Source: Cetorhinus maximus
Taxonomy: Eukaryota
Reading direction: 5' to 3'
Assembly (NCBI RefSeq): GCF_964194155.1
Contig: NC_135901.1
Coordinates: 20,274,001-20,338,000, forward strand
Length of the DNA: 64,000 bases
The notes under the pieces were generated by a model, which worked only from the letters and a program-made list of their open reading frames with translations, ran no database searches and was not told the DNA's origin. This document shows positions 1-13,900 of the stretch, piece after piece; the first letter of the stretch is position 1, and each line of letters opens with the position of its first letter. The translations under genes were made by a program, and so were the position numbers.

Positions 1-584
1 ATTAGGGCACAAGTAGAAGAAAGGCCGACTACCCGGTGTTTTATAACCAAGAAAACAAGCTTGGAATACAGAAGTTCAGCAAAATTGTCCCCCATCCCTA
101 AACACATACATACTGGTCTGAGAGAGAGAGAGAGAGGTCTTCAGGCCAAGGTGCACAACGCTCTGAAAGGGAGCTCTCCCCAGTCATTGCCTACAGGAGT
201 CTGGGGTTATTGGGAAGAGAGAGAAAAATAAAGTTTGTCCAGGACAGGCCTGAGCTGGAAGTTGACAGTAGATAATGGTCAAGGTTGCGAACTCTGCTCA
301 CTCGAACTTGGAGACGCTGAACCCCAGCTAACATCCTACAGTTGAGCTGAGTCCATAGGTTGAACCTGGGAGTCTTTTGATCTGCAGAATTTGCTCAGAG
401 AAATGCTGAGCCATTGAGGTTTTTATTGGAGCACTGCTTTAAGATTTTTGAATGAACTTGTTAATATGAACTGAAATGTTCGAGGTTTGGAAGAATCGTC
501 CAAATAAAATTTTATTGAAGGCAGTGAAAGAAGCAGAAAAAACAATTTTATCAATATGTTATGGTATGTTATTTTTAGAAATAT

Positions 585-1330
585 TATTATGATCCCCAGC
601 TTAGGTTACCCCTGGACAAGCCTGATCCCAGGCTGGAACCCAGCTTGATAGATCCGAACTTTTATTTGTTTGTTTAGATACGTGGAGAGTGGCTACTGAA
701 CAGAGTCACTGAAGTCAGCTAATGAACATGGAACAAAAGAATAAAACATTTATTTAACAAGAAAAGATGAACTATATTACAATACTCCTTCACCCACAAC
801 TATACATTTACAGATATAGCCAGATTTGTAACGATAACATAAGCTTCAAAAGCTATCTAATACTCTAATGTTCACAGTAAGTACAGTCCATGTAAACCAA
901 TTGGCAACCTCTGGTCAGACACACCACGCTCTGAAACCAAGTGACAGATGCCACCCCAGACAGATGCTATGGATTTCTCATCAACTCCCCCCAGACGCTT
1001 GTTACACGTGAGACAAACAGCCTTACTGAACTCCGTCTTTCACGTGAAGGTTTCCAATCTCACTTTCCAAGAACTCGCTTTGGAATCTTCTCCTAAACCA
1101 ACACTTTCTCTCAGACGCCTTCTGCTGGGGTCCACCTCCAAGGTTTTGAACTCTTCTTCCAATGATCCTCTCCCCTGGGTCACCACATGCATTCAAACTG
1201 TCTTCCATGCACTTTCTCTCATTGACTCAGCCATCAACCACTACTTCACAGGCCCATAGTAAAGAGTTACAGACCTTCAGCCGTTCTTTGGGCATTCTTG
1301 CCTCTTGCAAGCTGTTCTCTCAGCTTTTGT
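585..1330 (-). mobile_element. Possible LTR-like segment
   Basis: Non-coding, with minus-strand AATAAA motifs and LTR-like composition. Termini and TSD could not be confirmed. Confidence 0.25.
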
Positions 1331-1599
1331 CTCTTTAAATCTGAAGCTCGGAGCCTTCCTCTCTGCCCCTCCACCAACCCAACCCACTCCCCCCCCCCCC
1401 CCCCCCACCCCCCACCCTGTGCAATTTATTAACTGTGTGTCAGGTGTGGTGCTGGATCGCCAGCTGCCGGGTGAGGATGGAGGGATTGAATGTGGTGTGT
1501 GAAGGTCACAATGCACAGGGACAGTTCTGAGATCACATATGGCCGGGAACGCAAGGCAGCTGGGCGGGCGGGACCACCTCTGAGGAGGTAGAACTTGGA

Positions 1600-2629
1600 A
1601 AAAGAAATTAAAAGGGTGGAATTCCTTGATCCTACAATCGGAATTCATTTCTCACCCCTGCATTGCACTGACGCCTGCGTCCAGTATCTGGACCATCTCA
1701 AAAGGCGGCAATCATTAGGTCCTCTAATCGTTGCGACACTGCAGAATGTTCGATTTGTTCCATCGAGGCTTCCGGAAATGACTGCTTCCTGGGAATTTTT
1801 TGAAGGCAGCACACATCTCACATCTGATCCAACAGGGAGTCTCTCTCTGAGAACTAAAACTCAGTTAGAATCAAAAGCTCGTCCATATGTGACACCTCAG
1901 CACAATCCAGCAATTTAAATGCTAACATTGAACCGGGCATGTGTAAATTGAATTTCTTCAATCTTTTATACAATCTGTCCATGATCTGTTCCTCCATGGA
2001 ACCATCTGATTTCAAAATATATCAAAGTCTGACTATGCTTCATAGGAATCCACTAGATCATCTTTCTTGTAAATCTCATCAACGAACTCTAATAGAAGAT
2101 CCAAACCTTCCTCAGTATCCAACTGACAGGCATCCAGCTCACAAAATACTCTGCTTCTGATTTGACAAGTGACAATGCCAAGGCCATACCTTGTTTTCTC
2201 CTTGGTGGGGACGTAACCCATGTCCACATATCCACTTCATTCTTCCACTGGTCGTATGGTCCAGACTCTGAGAACATCAGCGGGTAATCAGATGCTGACA
2301 ATTCCCACTTGCTTTCAGCCATTTCTCACAAAAGCTACTCGGATTGTAACTTCTGTCTGAAATTTTATTTTCCTTAAATCTCCAACCTACATCATTAGAC
2401 AAGCATTCTCAGTTACCATGTTATAATCCTGACAGCCTCAAGGCGAAGGAAGAAACAGGTGCAAATCTTTACTTGTATATATTTGTTCACAGAGTGAAAC
2501 ATTACAGATATATACCTCCTGACTTCACTCCACTCTATGTCAGTAAGTTTCTCTTTCCAGACACTCATGCAACCATCTAATCAATGCCCTCCACGTGTAG
2601 ACACTTAAACTGAGTTGATACAACTAACA
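1600..2629 (-). mobile_element. Degenerate Copia-like LTR retrotransposon (5' LTR, PBS, gag remnant)
   Basis: LTR 2419-2629 has TGTTA...TAACA termini. It is followed on the minus strand by TGGTAACTGAGAATGCTT (2418-2401), resembling the initiator tRNA-Met PBS TGGTAGCAGAGGATGGTT. A frameshifted gag-like ORF follows (YDQWKNEVDMW...KQGMALALSL; 2322-2033). Confidence 0.7.
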
Positions 2630-2691
2630 CCCACAGTCAGAGCATCTAAAAGGTCACCAATTGGTGTGACAGCCATGGTGTCTCAGCAAGT

Positions 2692-3672
2692 TCAACAAAT
2701 CAGTGAATCCCTACCAACACTCAGAGTAGGTGAAGGGCATCTATCCTCGGTGTGAACTCGACGGTGTTTCTCCAGGCTGGGTGAATCAGTGAATCCCTTC
2801 CCACACGCAGTGCAGGTGAATGGTCTCTCTCCAGAGTGAACTCGTTGGTGTGTGCGCAGGCTGGACGACTCAGTGAAACCCTTTCCACACACAGAGCAGA
2901 TGAATGGCCTCTCTCCGGTGTGAACTCGCCGGTGCTTCCACAGGCTCGATGAATCAGTGAATCCCTTCCCACACTCACTGCAGGTGAACGGCCTCTCTCC
3001 AGTGTGAACTCGCTGGTGTGTCAGCGGACTGCTTGACTGAGTGAAACCCTTCCCACACTCGGAGTAGGTGAATGGCCTTTCCCCAGTGTAAGCTTGCTGG
3101 TGTCGCAACAGGCTCGATAACTGAGTGAATCCCTTTACACACACGGGGCAGATGAATTGCCTCTCTCCGATGTGAACTGCCCAGTGATTCTGCAGGGTGG
3201 ATGATTCATTGAATCCCTTCCCACATACAGAGCAGGTGAACGGCCTCTCCCCAGTGTGAACTCACTGGTGTTTCAGCAGGTGAGATGACCGAGTGAATCC
3301 CTTCCCACACTCAGAGCAGGTGAACGGTCTCTCCCCAGTGTGAACTTGCTGGTGCTTGCGCAGGGCAAATGAATTAATGAATCCCTTCCCACACTCAGAA
3401 CAGGTATATGGCCTCTCCCCAGTGTGAACTCGCTGGTGTCGCCGCAGGGCGGATGAATGAGTGAATCCCTTTCCACATTCAAAGCAGGTGAAAGGCCTCT
3501 CCCCGGTGTGAATCTGTTGGTGTTCCTGCAGCGTGGATAACTGAGTGAATCCCTTCCCACACTGAGAACAGGTGAACGGCCTTTCCCCAGTGTGAATGCG
3601 GCGATGTGTTTCCAGCTGGGATGGGAAACTGAACCCTTTCCCACAGTCCCCACATTTCCACGGTTTCTCCAT
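2692..3672 (-). pseudogene. C2H2 zinc-finger locus ZF-1, about 11 fingers, disrupted
   Basis: Starts MEKPWKC with TGERP linkers. One in-frame TGA at 3262-3264 (CGA>TGA), several damaged fingers, and a 3' end frameshifted near the LTR. Splice acceptor at 4028-4029, exon-1 donor at 5004. Could still encode a 136-aa truncated product. Confidence 0.8.
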
Positions 3673-4998
3673 GGTGCCGGTATCCTTGTGTCTCTTCCAG
3701 GCTTAACAATCAGTTAAAGTCTCTTCTACCACAGAACATACGTATGGTTTCTTCCCTCTGTGAATGGTGTGATTTTTTTGTCAGGCTGTGTAACTGGTTA
3801 AAGCTCTTTCCACAGTCAGTGCACTGGAACACTCTCACTTGGGTGTGTGTGCTCAGTGCTTTTCCAGTCACACTGATGTTTAAAATCTTTTGAAACAGAG
3901 AGCAGACAAACATTTCTGCATCTAGATTCAGAGGCTGATGATATTCAGGTCCCATCGAATCAAGTGTCCGTCAGATCTGGAAATGTTATTTGAGGTTTCT
4001 GTCTGCAAATCCTCCCCTTCTAATCAGCTGTCAAAAGAGTTTACAAAAGTCATCACTGTCAGTATAGGATAAAAATTCAGAACAGACAATTCTAGTTTCT
4101 ATGGAACATTCTTTCCTCTCTCATTGCTAAAAGCTGTAAATCTCTGTCCCACACACTCTCCCTCCGTTCTCACTCTGCTGTACCTAATAATCAGCCTCCC
4201 AATTTTCCTGAAGGTGATGATACATGCTGATCGAAAAATCCATGCTCACATGAAAATCTTCATGCAGGCTGCTAGCCTCTGTCCATATTACTGGACTAAA
4301 AATGTGTGTAATATAGAGGACTTCATTACTTGATTAGAGATAAAGAGAGAATGTGAGGAAGAACTTTATTTAGGCAGTCAGCTGTCGTGGCCTGGAACTC
4401 GCTGCCTACGAGGCTGGTGGAAGTAGGGACGATCAAATGATTCAAAATGAAATTGGATAAAGACTTGAAGGAAATAAACTTGCAGGGTTCTGGGGATATA
4501 GAGGGGAAAAGGAATGACTGGATTGCTCCACAGAGAGCCAGCATGGACTCGAGTTGCCTTTTGGATTCCTTTGATGTTGTGATGACTCAGCGGTTGGAAA
4601 TATATAACGTAGCTACAGTACTATATTAGAAAGCAATAAAATGTTGTAAATTTTCTTTATTACCATAAATAATATATCACCTAAGTAACATATAACAACA
4701 CTAGACATATTTTTGTCCTATATTAACTTACGTTCCCTTAAATGCCAGCTATCTCCTGGGGAAAACATCCCTTTAATTGTGAACATTAAGAAAGAGACCA
4801 TCCTTTTTGCCAGACAAATAAATGTGTCAAGCTGAGGGAGCAAAGGATGTCAATGTCGTTAAGAGAGAGACCTGGGCCAACCTTTCCAGAATCTGCACCC
4901 TCCCAGGATTCACTTCCCTTCCCTTCAGTTCCTGCAAGTCAACAATTTACCCCCAGAATTAGAAAAGAAATGGAAAGAGGAAGGAAAGAAAGTGTTTT

Positions 4999-5330
4999 AC
5001 TCACAGATGATGGACACAGGAGGAAGTTTCAGGTTGTGTGAAGCTCAATCTTCAGTGTCACAAAGTACGCGCTCTGATTGGCTGGAGGACCAGAGTTCTT
5101 CCGGACCGAACCGCAGCAAGAACGTGGGATGGGCTCTCCCTGGCACATGCGCATTTTCCCTCTCCGTTAGACATGCGCGGTCCCGGGTCGCCCGTCCGCT
5201 CGATGGATTAAGCTGTTTCCCCAGCGCGAGGACTTGTGGGGGCTGCAGCCGCCATTACTCATCCAGAGCTCAGCTTCCAAACTCCTGGGACTGGGATGAA
5301 AAATGGGAGTGGAGGGCGCAGTGACCTCAG
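4999..5330. promoter_or_regulatory. CpG-rich promoter and non-coding exon 1 of ZF-1, facing ZF-2 divergently
   Basis: CpG-rich; CTGATTGGCTG CCAAT box near 5075; CATGCGC motifs; minus-strand GTGAGT donor at 5004-4999. Confidence 0.6.
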
Positions 5331-5756
5331 TCTGTTCAAATAGTTTGTCAGCTTCAGGCGTAAAGATTTGACTAAAATAAAAATTGAAAATCTTGGAGAC
5401 AATCACAAGGCCTGGCCACATGTGTGGAGAGAGAAACAGAGTTAACATTTTGAGTCCAATATGGCTCTTCTTCAACGAAGATTTGAAACACCTGGGTGAC
5501 ATATTGTGAAAGACAATAAGTGAGTGTGAAACTGAACCTGAGAGTCAGCACCTTCTGGGGAGGAGAATTGGTAGAAAAGCAGGAGGAGGATAATTGGATG
5601 AATTAAGGTTACAATCAATAGGGAGAAGGGAGTGTGTGGGGGGACAGAGATTTGTCATTTGCGAGGGAGAAGGATGTTCCATGACAACTAAAATTGACAG
5701 TTCTGGATTTCTACTCCTCGCTCACAGTAATGTATTTTTGCAATCTCCTTTTACAG

Positions 5757-6500
5757 GCGATTAGTAGGGAGGATTTGCAGACAGCAACCACAAACCAAAC
5801 ATAACATGAAAATCTGATATAGTCACTCGATTCATCAGGTCCTGACGATCATCGGCCCTTGAATGTGGAAGGAGAAACGTTTGTCTATTCTGTCTGTGGG
5901 AAAGGTTTCAGATATCAGTGTGAGGCTTAAATTGATCATCCAAGCTGATGATGGCCAACTGTTACCAGACTGGTGATGAATTATATAATCATGACAGTAG
6001 ATGAGATTTTGTGAAAGCGTGCAGCCACAGTGGGTTGAGGCCATTCATATGCTCTGTCGGTGGGAAGTTCACTCACTGAACTTGATACCCACCAGTGTGC
6101 ACACACAGGGGTAGATCCATCTGCTTCATCTGTGGGAAGAGATTCATTGTGTCAGTCAACCTGCTGGCACACCAGTGAGTTCACTCCAGGGAGAGGCCCT
6201 TTAAAAGTTCCATGTATGGGAAGGAATCCAGCCAATCTTCCAGCCTGTTGGCACACCAATGATCTTACACCAGGCTATGGCTGTTTAAGAATTCCACTTG
6301 TGGGAAGGGATTCGCTCGCTCATCCCACCTTCTGACACACTAGTGACTTCATGTTTGACTGCAGGGGTTAGATTCTGCTGTTCTTGCTGCTGTTAATCAC
6401 ATCCAGGATTGAACCATATTCATTCTAACAGTTGGGGTCTGTTGCTGCTGTTATTAATCCCTATAACTGGGCTGGAGTTTAATATTCTGGTAATGTCAAA
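5757..6500 (+). pseudogene. Highly decayed zinc-finger remnant ZF-2
   Basis: Cassette acceptor TTTTACAG at 5756, broken fingers at 6040-6350, family 3' UTR (ggggttagattctgctg) at 6360. Confidence 0.7.
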
Positions 6501-6859
6501 TAAATCAGCTTTGTTTTGGACAAACAGTTTGTCAAGTCCTTGATGTCACTGAGAGATGAAAAGGTAGGTTTTAAGAAGAGTCTTAAAAGAGGAGGGAAAG
6601 TGAAGGGGTTAAGGGAGGGAACTGCAGAGCTTTGGAACCTGGCATCTGAAGACTGAAAGAGTGTCAGCCCAAGGTTTTGGGGGACTTGAGTCTGTGGAGT
6701 GGGGACTCAAACCCACGACGTTCAGACTCAGAGGCAAGAGTATGAGGCTGACTGAGGCATGGTGTTCGGGGAAGTGATGTGAAGTGTCAGTGGCCTCATC
6801 CTTTCCCTGTCATTTGCCCCATTCCAGGATCAGCAGATTGAGCTGAGAAAATAGGCAAC

Positions 6860-7760
6860 AATTAAAAGGGGCATAAAGAGTGTTAAGAAAATAAACTTCT
6901 GCACCCAGAGAGTGGTGAGAATGTGGGACTGGCTACCGCACAGAGTGATTGAGGTGAATATCATAGATGTGTGTAAGGGGAAGCTGCATAAACACTTGAG
7001 GAAGAAAGGTGGGATTTGCTGAAGTAAAGTGGGAGGAAGTTTGTGTCCAGTACAAATGACATAGACTGAATAGCCTGGTTCTGTGCTGTACATTCTGTGT
7101 GAAGAACTTGCCTCATACAACACAGGAACATAGGAACAATGGAACAGGAGAAGGCCATTAAGCCCGTCGAGCCTGCTCTGTCATTCAGTATGATCATGGT
7201 TTATCGAATGCTTTGATGCCTTTTACTTACACTGTCCCCATAACCCTTTACGTTATTGTTAATCAGAAATCTATCAATCTCTACCTTCAACATACTCAAT
7301 GACTGAGCTTCCATAGCCCTTCGGGGTCGAGAATTCCAAAGATTCCCCCTCTCTGAATAAAGAAATTTCTCCTCATCTTGGTCTTAAGTGGCTTCTCCTT
7401 ATTTTGAAATTGTGTCCCCTGGTTCTAGGCTCCCCGACCAGGGGAAACATCTTACCTGCATCGACCCTGTCTATTTCTTTCAGTATTTTGTAGGTTTCAA
7501 TGAGATCACCTCTCATTCTTCGAAACTCTAGAGAATTTTGGCCAAGGTTGCCTAGTCTCTCTTCATAAGACAATCCTGCCATCCCCAAAACAAGGCTGGA
7601 GAACCTTTGTTGCACTCCCCCGACAGCAATAATATCCTTTCTGAGGTAAGGGGACCAAAACTGCACTCAGTACTCCAGATGCGCTCTAACCAAGCTCCTA
7701 TACAATTGGAGCAAGACTTCACTACTCCTGCACTCAAATCCTCTTGCGATAAAGCCTAAC
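6860..7760. mobile_element. CR1 LINE 3' fragments (7125-7760 on the minus strand)
   Basis: ORF 7373-7666 reads QFWSPYLRKD...LSYEERL...RGDLIETYKIL, a typical CR1 ORF2 C-terminus. Confidence 0.85.
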
Positions 7761-8074
7761 ATCTCCCAACCTTCAGCCAATTAAATACTTATTTCTAAGA
7801 TTAGGCGTTTCAGCATTTGTAACTTAGGTTGAGATGAGGCATTTTTAACATGTAAGCCAATCCCAAGTTTCAGCTCGGGATCTTAATGTACAAACAGTGC
7901 ATATTTAGAAATATTGACATAGCTAGGGACCAGAGGATATTGGCTAAAGATCAGGAAATGGTCAAATAGAAACCTGCCCAGGATCCAGCAGGACGGGCTG
8001 AACAAGGGGATACTGAGCTAAAAGGGGCCAGGATACACAGGGTCTCTGTTCTAAAGGGGTTTGTGTACATACAC

Positions 8075-8900
8075 GGGTAGTCCATGTCCAAATGTAGCAA
8101 GGCCTGGACAATATCTAGGCTTGGGCTGACAAGTGACAAGTAACATTCGTGCCACAGAAATGTCAGGCAATGACCATCTCCAACAGGAGAGAATCCAACC
8201 ATCGCCCCTTGATGTTCAATGGCATTATCATCACTAAACCCCCCACTATCAACATTCTGGGGGTTACCATTGACCAGAAACTGAACTGGCCTAGCCATAT
8301 AAATACTATGGCTACAAGAGAAAGTCAGAGGCTAGAAATAGTGTGATGAGTAACCCACCACCTGACTCCCCAAAGCCTGTTCACCAATTACAAGGCACAA
8401 GTCAGGAGTGTGATGGAATACGTCCCACTTGCCTGGATGAGTGCCGCTCCCATAACACTCAAGAAGCTTGACACCATCCAGGACAAAAGTAGCCCGCTTG
8501 ATTGGCACCACATCCACAAACATTCACTCCCTCCACCACCAACGCGCAGTAGCAGCAGTGTGTACCATCTACAAGATGCACCACAGGAATTCACCAAGGC
8601 TCCTTCAACAGCACCTTCCAAACCCACGACCACTACCATCTAGAAGGACAAGGACAGCAAATAGATGGGAAAACCACCACCTGGAAGTTCCCCTCCAAGT
8701 CACTCACCATCCTGACTTGGAAATATATCGCCGTTCCTTCACTGTTGCTGGATCAAAATCCTTTAATTCCCTTCCTAACAGCACTGTGGGTGTACCTACA
8801 CCACATGAACTGCAGTGGTTCAAGAAGGCAGCTCACCACCACCTTCTCAAGGGCAACTAGGGATGGACAATAAATGCTGGCCCAGCCAGCGAAGCCCTCG
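8075..8900 (+). mobile_element. 5'-truncated CR1-group LINE, same family as 51525-54760
   Basis: RT C-terminus (AWADK...KCQAMTISN...ILGVTIDQKLNW) and the family tail caccaccttctcaagggcaa. Confidence 0.85.
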
Positions 8901-9544
8901 TTCCATTCTGTTTGCACAGACCCTGAGCAAAGAGGTTTGCATACACACAGAATTTGAGCTGAATGGGTTTTCATACACACCCTAAGCAATATAGTTCCAA
9001 GTCAGGATGGTGTGTCACTCACAGGAGAATTGCAAGTGCTGGTGTTCCCATGTGTCTGTTGCCCTTGTCATTCTAGGCTGTGGGATTGGAAGATGCTGTT
9101 GAAGCAAACTTGGAAAGTCGCTGTGGAGCATTTGTAGATGGTACACATTGCAGCCACTGTATGTTGGTGCTGGAGGGAGTAAATATTTAAGGTGGTGGAT
9201 GGGGTGACAATCCAATAGTCTGCTTTGTCCTGAATGAACTTTCCAATTTGAATAAGACTGGCTGAAAAGTAATAATTGGTTCAGGAAATAATTGGGACCC
9301 AGTAAATTTAAATAATTTCAGTCCATTTGCTAAAATTCTGATCTTCCAAGACATATTGCGACAAATCACACAAGATGATGGTAGCTGAATTGAATGCCTT
9401 GGCTCCTCACCTGGACATGTGACTGACAAGAGGCATTGATTGGACAATAGCTGGAAACAATGAGCTGAAATGGTCTTTTGTGAGTAAAACTATTTCTCTT
9501 TAACTCAGGATGGGCTATATCAGAGTTGAAGGCAATACCAGGCT

Positions 9545-10370
9545 AAATTACATTGAATATACAGCACAGAAACAGGCCATTCAACCCAACAGATCCATGC
9601 CAGTACTTATACTTCATTTGATCCTGCTCCCATCTAACTTGATCAGCGTATCCTTCTGTTCATTGCTCCACCGTGTGTTTATCCAGCTTCCCCTTAAATG
9701 TATCTATGTTATTCACCTCAACATCACCCTGTGCTGCTACCTTTAGGGATCTGTAGCCATACCCTTCAAGGTCCCTCTATACTTCTCAGTATCCTACCAT
9801 TTATTGTGTATTCCCTTGCCTTGTTAGCCTTCCCCAAATTCATTACCTCACATTTCCCCGGATTGAATTCCATTTGTCACTTTACTGTCCATCTGACCAG
9901 TCCATTCAGCCTAAAGCTTTCTTCCTCACTATCAAACCCACGGTCAATTTGTGCCTCATCTGCAAACTTCTGAATCATAACCCCTACGTTTAAGTCTAAA
10001 TCATTGATCTGTACCATGAACAGCAAAGGACCTGATACTGTTACCTGTGTAACACCACTGGAAACAGCCTTCCACTCACAAAAATATCTGCAGACCATTA
10101 TCCTTTGTTTCCTGTCACTGAGCCAATATTGGGTCGAACTTGCTACTTACCCTTGGATCCCATGAGTGTTTAATTCACTGACTAATCTTATATGTAGGAC
10201 CTTATCAAAAGCCTTTCTAAAATCCATAAAAGATTACTTCAAATGCACTAACCCCATCAACCTTCCTTGTCACATCCGCAAAAAATTCAGTCGATTTAGT
10301 CAGACATGACTTTCCCTGAACAAATCCATACTGGTGACAGTCCTTGGTTAATTCATGCCTTTTTAAATGA
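9545..10370 (-). mobile_element. Decayed CR1 LINE RT fragment
   Basis: QYGFVQGKSCLT, SGVTQ...GPLLF, KFAD motifs in ORFs 10217-10411 and 9877-10098. Confidence 0.8.
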
Positions 10371-10399
10371 GGATTTATATTGACAGTAACAAGGGTTGA

Positions 10400-10940
10400 G
10401 CGAGACCCCAATCAGTGTACAGAGAGAAACAAAAGGTGAGAGAAAAAGAGAGCAAGAGAGAGAGGAGACCGAGACGCCAATCAGTGCACAGAGAGGAACA
10501 TAGGGTGAGGGAGAGAGAGAGAGGAGATCGAGACTGAGACCCCAGCCTGTAACATAAAATAAGTAACGAAATTGAATCCAGATACAGATATGCATTAACT
10601 AACACCATTTTATGAACAGATTAACAGAGTAAACACTGTACTTGGATCAGATAAAGATAAAATACTGCAGATGCTGGAAATCTGAAACAAAAACAAAAAG
10701 TGCTGGAAAAACTCAGCAGGTCTGACAGCATCTGTGGAAAGAAAGACAGAGTTAACGTTTTGAGTCTGTATGACCCTTCTTCTGACTCTGAAGAAGAGTC
10801 ATATGGACTTGAAATGTTAACTCTGTCTTTCTCTCCACTGTACTTGGATAGTAACAAAAACAAGTAATGAAATTAAGACCAGACACAGACATGCATTAAC
10901 TAACACCATTTTATGAACAGATTAACAGAGTAAACACTGC
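10400..10940. repeat. Local tandem duplications (about 70-bp unit at 10400-10545; about 80-bp unit at 10561-10640 and 10862-10940)
   Basis: Directly repeated ccaatcagtg(t/c)acagagag and atgcattaactaacaccattttatgaacagattaacagagtaaacactg. Confidence 0.8.
10648..10835. mobile_element. Penelope-derived fold-back insert with a 14-bp TSD
   Basis: Inverted arms; CACTGTACTTGGAT at 10634-10647 and 10836-10849; CTGAAGA...GAAA motif at 10788-10814. Confidence 0.75.
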
Positions 10941-11911
10941 TTGAATCAATGTTATTAACTGATAGAGTTAATCTGACCATTAATTGATTCAATTCCATCA
11001 CAATAACCCAGCATCAGATAGGTCTGCTTTGTATACAACAGGGTTGTACCCAGTGTCCAATATTAGAGGTCACTGTGGCTGTTGAACGCCGAGTTTCACT
11101 GCCCCAGCTAACAAGCCCACAGCTTCGGAGAACTAGTCTACACAGGGTATGTTTCTAAAGCCTGATCACAACATCTTGCCTGGTTAACTGTTGTATGTGC
11201 CATCACGGTCAGGAAGCTTACACAAAGCTCAACCATAAACTATGGTTTTTCTTGCTCCTGATTCCAGGTCCAACAAGGGGTTGTGTCACCATCAACCCCG
11301 GTTTCACCCTCACATGCCCCAGTTGGTTGGAGGTTCATTCCCCAGTCAGTCCTCCAGCACCTCCCTGTCTCTCTATTAGTACGATGCCCACGGCTGTTTC
11401 CCAACAGGGCCCCAGGCCCCGTCATTCTCATTTACATTTTGACCTCAGCTCTGTCGCCTGGCTGTCATTGGCACGAGCAGTAGAGAGACAGAGAGGTGTC
11501 AGAGGCTCAAATGGGAAGTCGAAACCTACGGCTCCAAACCAACACTTCAACATTTAAGAACATAAGAAATAGGAGCAGGAGCAGGCCATTCAGCCCTTCA
11601 AGCCCATTCCACCATTCAATATATTCAATGGCTCATCTTCTACTTCAACACCATTTCCCTGCACTATCCTTGTGTCCCTTGATGTTTTTAAGATGTAGAA
11701 ATCTATCGATCTCAGTCATACTGAACAGCTGACCCCGCGCAGCCGTCTGGGGCAGAGAATTCCAAAAATTCACCACCCACTGAGAGAATACATTTGTTAG
11801 TAAAATACACGTTATTTATACTGGGATTCTTGTTGTTAGGTTTAGACACTGGAGGCAGAGTGTGGGGGCATTTAAAGAGTAACTTTCTCTTTCTAATTTG
11901 CGCTGTCTATA

Positions 11912-12245
11912 GTGTCAGCCGTGGTTCAGTGTGCAGGACTCTCACCTCTGAGTCGGAAGGTTGTGGGACCAAATCCAACCCCAGGGACCTGAGCACCAAA
12001 ATCAAAGCCCATGTTCCTAGTGCCAGCACTGAGGGAGTGTCGCACTGTGTTGGAGATGCCATCTATTGAACGAGATGTTAAACTGAGGGCGCTGTCTGCT
12101 CTCTCAGAGGTTTGAGGGATCTTGCTCTGCACAAATTGGCTGCTGCGTTTCCTACAACAAAGGCTTCAATTCAGAAAGCACTTCATTGGCTGTAAAGCAC
12201 TTTGGGGATCCTGTGGTGGTGAAAGGCCCTGCAGGAATGTAAGTC
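11912..12245 (+). mobile_element. tRNA-derived Deu-domain SINE (SacSINE1/AmnSINE1-like), internally deleted
   Basis: tRNA-like head, then gggatcttgct...caaattggctgc...cattggctgtaaagcactttggg. Confidence 0.7.
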
Positions 12246-12329
12246 ATTTTTTAATTGTCAGCAAACTTGGACACATTACACTCAGAGCTCTCATCTAAAT
12301 CATTAATGTAGATTAAAACCTAATTTTGT

Positions 12330-13900
12330 ATTATATCCTCTTCTGTAACACCTTTTCAAATCCTTTCTGAAAATCTAAACACAATACATCCAAAATTATT
12401 TTAAACACGCAGCGAGTTGTTGTGATTTGGAATTCACTGCTTGAAAACCTGCTGGAAGCAAATTCAACTGTATCCTTCAAAAGGGAATTGGACAGATTCT
12501 CGTAAGGAAAAGAAAATGTCAGGGCTACGGGATTATTTGGATAGCTCTTCCAAAAGGGCCAGCATGAGCATGATGGGCCGAACAGCCTCCTTCTGTGCCC
12601 TATTAACCTCGTGTGCATTTAAAAGGGAGGGGGGGGGTCATCTTCAATTGTGGGTGTTATATTAAAGAATGCAGTGCCTCCTCTTCTCTGTATGTTTAGT
12701 TTAACACTTAAATCTCCCTTGGTGGCAGATGGAATTTAATACAGGGAAGTGTGAGGTGATGTGATTTGGCAGAAGGATTAGGGAGAAGCAACATAGGCTT
12801 AACGGCACAGTTCTAAAGAGTGAGCAGGGACAGAGGGACCTGGGGGTTCATGTGCAGTGATCATTGAAGGTGGCAGGACAGAGTGAGAGAGGAATTAGCA
12901 AAGTAAATGGGATCTTGGGCTTCAGGAATTGAGGTATTGAGAACAAAAGCAGGGAAGTTATTCTGACCCTTTATAAAGTTCTGGTTAGGCCACAACTAGG
13001 GTATTGAGTCCAGATCTGGTCACCACACTTTAGGAAGGATGTGAGGGGCCTTGAGAGGGTGTGGAGGAGTTTTACCAGAATGGTTCCAGGGATGAGGGAT
13101 TTTATCGACAAGGTTAGGTTGGAGAAGCTGGGTTGTTCTCCTCGGAGCAAAGGAGATTGAGGGGAGATTTGATAGACGTGTTTATAAAGTTTATAATGGA
13201 TTTAGATAAGGTGGATGAAGAAAACCTGTTCCCATTAGCTGGTGGTGCAAAGATGACGGGACACAGGTTTAAGGTTTTGGGAAAGATATGCAGGGGGAAT
13301 GTGAGGAGGAATATTTTTACACAGTAAGTGGAACAATCTGGAACTCCAGTCTCTCCATTGAACTGAAGTCCCTCATCCTTGGTGCCGTTCTCGTAAATCT
13401 CCTCTGCACCCTCTCTCAGAACTTCACATCTTTCCTAAAGTGTGGGGCCTATATATAGGGTTCCTTTCCAGAGGGATAGAATTGAAAAGCAGGGAGGTTA
13501 TGTTTAACTTGTTTAGAACCATGGTTAGACTACACTGGGAGGACTGTCAACATTTGTGATCTCCATTTAGAAAAAGGAAATAAAGGCACTGGAGAAGAGG
13601 CAACAAAGATTCACAGGAATAATACCAGAACTGAGAACATTTAACCTTCAAGAAAGGCTGGGGCTGCTTTTCTCTTTACCCAGCGAGTGATGAGAATGTG
13701 GAACTCACTAACACAGTGAGTGGTTGAGGTGAATAGCATGAATATATTTAAGGGGAAGCTAGATACATACATGAGGGAGAAAGGGATAGAAGGATATGCT
13801 GATGGGGGAGATGAAGAGGAGCGGGTGGAGGCTCATGTGGAACATAAATAATGACATAGACCAATTGTGCCCACTGGCCTGGCCTGTGCTGTAGACTCAA
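12330..13900 (+). mobile_element. Nested CR1 LINE fragments
   Basis: RRLRGDLIDVF, WQMEFN and CR1 3'-UTR motifs. Segment 13350-13900 is shared with the 3' flanks of the other ZF genes. Confidence 0.8.

Noticed and set aside
1369-1417. Poly-C / proline-rich ORF
   Set aside because: Low-complexity tract with no coding support.
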